Assembly: GCA_949358305.1 (NCBI GenBank)
Contig: OX442314.1
Span: 29,760,001-29,824,000, forward strand
DNA: 64,000 nt
Direction: 5' to 3'
From: Strigamia acuminata
Taxonomy: Eukaryota
Positions 60,075 to 64,000 of the stretch are shown piece after piece. A model generated the notes under the pieces. The model made no database searches. It was not told the origin of the DNA and saw only the letters and a list, made by a program, of their open reading frames with translations. Position 1 is the first letter of the stretch. Each line of letters starts with the position of its first letter. The translations under genes were made by a program, and so were the position numbers.

Positions 60075-61397
60075 ATGGCAGACTCGGACAGTGACAATGA
60101 GAGCCTCGACGATGTGACAACCGATGAAGAATTTTGGGACGACGAGGGAGCGCCAGGAGCGGAAAAATGCCCAGATCCCCGTCCACGCTCTTCAACGCGA
60201 CGGGGGACCTACAAGCCGCCCTACCCAGTTCCGGATTTGTATGCCGGTGGACCGATTTTGATTCCGCCGTGGCACCCCGACCATCCAAAAGAGGGAGGAT
60301 TCCCTAACTTCGAGATTTGTCCCTACTGCTCGGGTTGGGGGCACATCGAGCGTGGGACCAAGGAATGCCCGGCGTGCAAAGGAAAGGGCGCCCTCCGCCG
60401 TGGCCCCTTCAAGATCTGGATGCGTCGACTCCAGGCGATGGCCCTTCGTAAGCCTTTTTGGGACAGACGGGACCTTTCACAGTTTAAGTGGCCTGAGGAG
60501 TTCCAAGTGATCCGAGGTGACGCGTACGCCACAACGCGTTTTGTCCGGCGCCACGAGACGTTTTGGAGGAACACCGTGTCGGAGGCCACGGCGGCCGGGA
60601 TTAGACCTAGAAATTGGCAGTATCCGCCGATGAACTCTATTGTGCCGGTGGAGGGAGCTTGTGCACCCCCGTTGCCAGCGATGCTGCGCGGATTACCAGA
60701 CGGCACGAGCTCGATAAATGTCATCCGACATTCCAATCAGGACGAGATGCCGACCATTACGCGTCCCCTCCACTCCAGAGAGTTGCAGAAGAGGGAGGAT
60801 CCCGAAACCGTGACCAGGTGGGGAACTACACCCGAGGAGGAAGAGCAGGAACGCGTGCGCTGTATCGAGGAGCGTAACGAACACTTGATTGAGGAGATCG
60901 CTCAACTTCGTCGGCTCCATCTCCACGCGGCCGCCCGCCTCCGTCGAGCCATACCACCCGACTCCACTGTGGAGATTCGAGACGTAACTGAGGCGGCGGG
61001 AGGACTTCCTGCAATCGAGGCGTCGCAACCCATTTGTGAAGTGGAAGAGTTGGCTTTGGTCCCGGTGAGGAGGGCCGCGGAGGCACCTACGATCGCCCAG
61101 GAGGTGGCCAAAATTGAGGGAGAGACCCCTGAACAGTTTTTGGCCCGGAATTGCGGTGGGTATTCGCGCCATCAACAATCAGCGCGTACTCGTTTGGAGC
61201 GTCGGGCTCTCGCCAAGATTGCGGAGGGGCATATTCGGGGCGTTTCTGGAGGAAGGGTCGCTGGTGGCGCGCCGGCCCCGTGTAAGCGAAAGGCCATCAT
61301 GCCTGCCCCCGAGCCGGACGTCGTCCCCGGGCAGGCGACCCGTAGATTTGAGCGCCAGGCCCGGCGAAATTCGAGCCCCAGTTGTGACGGTTTATAA
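60075..61397 (+). CDS. Accessory ORF3 of element A, interrupted at 61382 by element C (last codons CDGL* come from the C LTR)
   Basis: 440-codon GC-rich ORF; CPYCSGWG-x8-CPACKGKG (two CxxCxGxG repeats); acidic N-terminus; coiled coil; no TM segment in the visible part. Confidence 0.82.
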   Translation: MADSDSDNESLDDVTTDEEFWDDEGAPGAEKCPDPRPRSSTRRGTYKPPYPVPDLYAGGPILIPPWHPDHPKEGGFPNFEICPYCSGWGHIERGTKECPACKGKGALRRGPFKIWMRRLQAMALRKPFWDRRDLSQFKWPEEFQVIRGDAYATTRFVRRHETFWRNTVSEATAAGIRPRNWQYPPMNSIVPVEGACAPPLPAMLRGLPDGTSSINVIRHSNQDEMPTITRPLHSRELQKREDPETVTRWGTTPEEEEQERVRCIEERNEHLIEEIAQLRRLHLHAAARLRRAIPPDSTVEIRDVTEAAGGLPAIEASQPICEVEELALVPVRRAAEAPTIAQEVAKIEGETPEQFLARNCGGYSRHQQSARTRLERRALAKIAEGHIRGVSGGRVAGGAPAPCKRKAIMPAPEPDVVPGQATRRFERQARRNSSPSCDGL

Positions 61398-63163
61398 GTG
61401 CTATTTATTAATAACACGGCCGAATTTTAAGTGTTTTTGGCGAAACCCGCATTTGTCAATGCTCCGAGTCGCCACTAGATGGCGCGATTATAATTCAGCG
61501 GTAAATTCGAATTGCGAGTTAAGAAACTGGTAAATAAATATAAGAATATATTTATTTGTATGAAACGACACTTTATTAGGATTAATATAAATATATATTA
61601 ATGATTATTGTTCACACTAAGTGATGGGAATCTCTAGTTCAGCAGAAATGGAGATTTGATAATCCATCGATCAACCGATCGATGTGATTGGTGGATCCAT
61701 TTCCGGTCCTGGGTATCCAGTTCCGGTTGTGGTGTGAATTAGCATATTGCTCCTCCGTATCCACTTCCGGCGATACGGGATTGGAGGGATTCGTGGAACC
61801 CATGTTCCAATTGGTTGATTGGATTAATCTCTAATCCAGTCAGGTTATATAAACCCAAACAACCGGCCATCCGGCAGCTCTGTTTGATTATTTTCTGTTT
61901 GGTATTGTTACTTAAGAAATATGATTCGTTGTTCACGTAAAAAAAACCTTTTGGTTCTTTGTTGATTTATTCACAAAGAACCGTTGCATGATTCTACAGA
62001 ATCATGCCACCGCCGGCAATTGAAGTCGAAGTGCTGGGATCATTATGTTGCATAAATGTTACAGTTTACGGTTGCGACGCCGAAGGAGAACCCGCCGTTG
62101 TGCAATTCAGTATCCTCCGGACAGGACCATGTGGTCTTTCTCGGTATGAACGTATTCCGTTACCGCAAGTAGCATCGTTGCTGTTGAGAATTAGTTCCTT
62201 CACCGGATGGTGCCAAAGCAGTCTGTTTTACAGTAACCACGAGTAGCACCAAGTGTTTGGCCAGCTGATTCTCATGGTATTCGATGCCAAAGTAGTCGGT
62301 CTATTATTAGTACCGCGAGAGATTATACTGCTGTGCGGAGCCGCGAGCTATCGACTCCTGTGTACGTGATACCGTCAATCGCCAGACGAACGACCGTGTC
62401 GCGACGCAGGGGACGCTTGATACCGTTCTGCATTGCAAGGCGTATATTTTCTTTCGACGGCAATTGTGTGTTGCGACGGGAAGCCTAATCTTCATTTTAT
62501 TTATAACAGCTAAATATTAACTTGGCGACAAGTTGATTAACCAAGTCAGAAGACTTAATTACGATCACGATTACATCAAAGACGCAAATGTAACTGATAA
62601 GTTGATGACAACTTATCCACAAAAATATCTAAATAAGAATTCACAACTCCAATGAATTAAATATAATTCATAAGTGGAATATTGATAAGTAAATGAATAC
62701 ATTTACTTAAACCAATATCCTCCCTAAGTTGTGGCGGTGCAGACAAAGTCAACCGCATTTCTCAGATCATTTGATTTATCGACGTGCGATAATTTACACA
62801 AGCGAACCAAGAAACCAGCGAAGCCGTATCGGACTCCAGGACACAGCCATCCGGCTTAAGATGACATCTATAATCAGGTTGAGCGATGGGGAAACCGCTC
62901 CCGCATCTCGGACCCGTAATGATATTATTATAGAGCCATTTGGCTAACTTGTTGTATAGTTTAAATAGTAAGTTAACTTGCCAAATGTCGGCAGTAGTCC
63001 TATGTATAATTTAGCCTTGATATTATTGTTTACCAACAATAAACTGTAGGGTATTGATAATTCTGTTGTCTATGGTTTATCTCATATTGTATTCACTGTA
63101 TTTGTATTTGCGATCTATTCCCGGTACCATTGTTAAATGGGAGTTGTGGTCGTCACCGTCACA
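61383..63163 (+). repeat. 5' LTR of element C (1781 bp)
   Basis: Perfect 8-bp terminal inverted repeat TGTGACGG...CCGTCACA; homologous to the B LTRs. Confidence 0.95.
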
Positions 63164-63165
63164 CG

Positions 63166-63183
63166 TGGAGGTCCCACCGAGAT
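63166..63183 (+). promoter_or_regulatory. Primer-binding site, tRNA-Gln (element C)
   Basis: TGGAGGTCCCACCGAGAT, 2 nt after the LTR. Confidence 0.9.
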
Positions 63184-63641
63184 TAGGTTGCAATTAAATT
63201 CGTTTGAATTGCAACAGTGAATATTGGAGATAAATATTTTAACTAAAAAATTAGTTAAAAGAACAGACAATTAGATTTTCAGTTTATATCTCCGTACGAA
63301 GAAAGTAAACTGATAAAATAGAATTACGTAGTGGATTTTTCCTTCATTATTTTCGCTCGAAAATTTAAGGGATCTCGAAGACTACCAACTAATCTCACAT
63401 GTGAAAGTTCCACTGAAGATTAGGATTTGCAATTAACTCGATAGAATTAAAAAAGTGAATTTTCTCGAGGAAAATGAATAATTCAAATTCTACACGAAAG
63501 AATTGCAACAAATTACTGTTAAGATCTATCACATGATGTTGAGATAAGTTTTAATCGAAGTTTTTCAAAATTCGGAGAATTGGAAATAACAAGAATTCGT
63601 AGAAGAAGTATATTTAGATATTTGCTTTATTCTTGAAAAGA

Positions 63642-63682
<41 letters not shown>

Positions 63683-64000
63683 AAGTCTAAACATGTTTTA
63701 CAAATCGCAAGAAAAAGAAAAACCTTGCAGAAAATGGAATTTCGAAGTAAGTCCAGTCTTTAAGAAAAGTTACAATAATTGGAAACAATTTACAAGAGTT
63801 GAAATGAATCTATTTTATTTTCATACAAATTTGGGAAAATATTTACAAATAATCTCTCGAAGGAATTTTATTTTATCGGTAAATTCTAAGATTTCGAAAG
63901 GAGCGGACTTAGAAGAGAACTGTTAAACGAACATACTACGTCTGACATTTTGTGGTTGATATTGAATCAGCCAATCAGGAGCTAGGAGATCTAGGGATCC

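Larger units (their letters stand above)
36339..61382 (+). mobile_element. Ty3/Gypsy LTR retrotransposon A (outer element; interrupted by B and C; 3' end outside window)
   Basis: TG...CA LTR candidate, tRNA-Phe PBS, gag, pol in PR-RT-RH-IN order; sequence resumes after the TSD-flanked element B and carries a third ORF. Confidence 0.88.
61383..64000 (+). mobile_element. Ty3/Gypsy element C (B-family relative), 5' part only
   Basis: LTR homologous to B, identical tRNA-Gln PBS, 5' leader alignable with 46600-47230. Confidence 0.93.

Noticed and set aside
57054..63163. Independent non-autonomous element (LTR-ORF-LTR) or assembly duplication
   Set aside because: No PBS or PPT; the TATT TSD assigns the left LTR to B; the right LTR is diverged, has its own PBS and interrupts an ORF.

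Overview
AT-rich eukaryotic DNA, probably from an arthropod or other invertebrate (inferred from a (CCTAA)n tract, DINE-1/Helentron-like microsatellites and the MITE types). 1-36.3 kb contains no host gene I can support. It holds non-autonomous DNA transposons (PIF/Harbinger, hAT, pogo/Tigger, Tc1/mariner, CACTA-like), decayed transposase fragments and minisatellites. 36.3-64 kb is a nest of three Ty3/Gypsy LTR retrotransposons, all on the + strand. Element A has a 5' LTR at 36339-37497, a tRNA-Phe PBS, gag, a -1 frameshifted pol with five AT-hooks between RNase H and integrase, and a third ORF at 60075. Element B (44830-58801) is complete and sits inside A. It has 1748-bp LTRs with no differences seen, a TATT TSD, a tRNA-Gln PBS, gag, -1 frameshifted pol and a third ORF at 54847. 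Element C (61383 to beyond the window) is a relative of B inserted into the third ORF of A. Main candidate for a new system: A and B, which share no visible LTR similarity, both carry a non-env ORF in the env position. Each ORF has a DnaJ-type CxxCxGxG-like zinc finger and a splice acceptor just before its ATG. No searches were run, so novelty is unverified.
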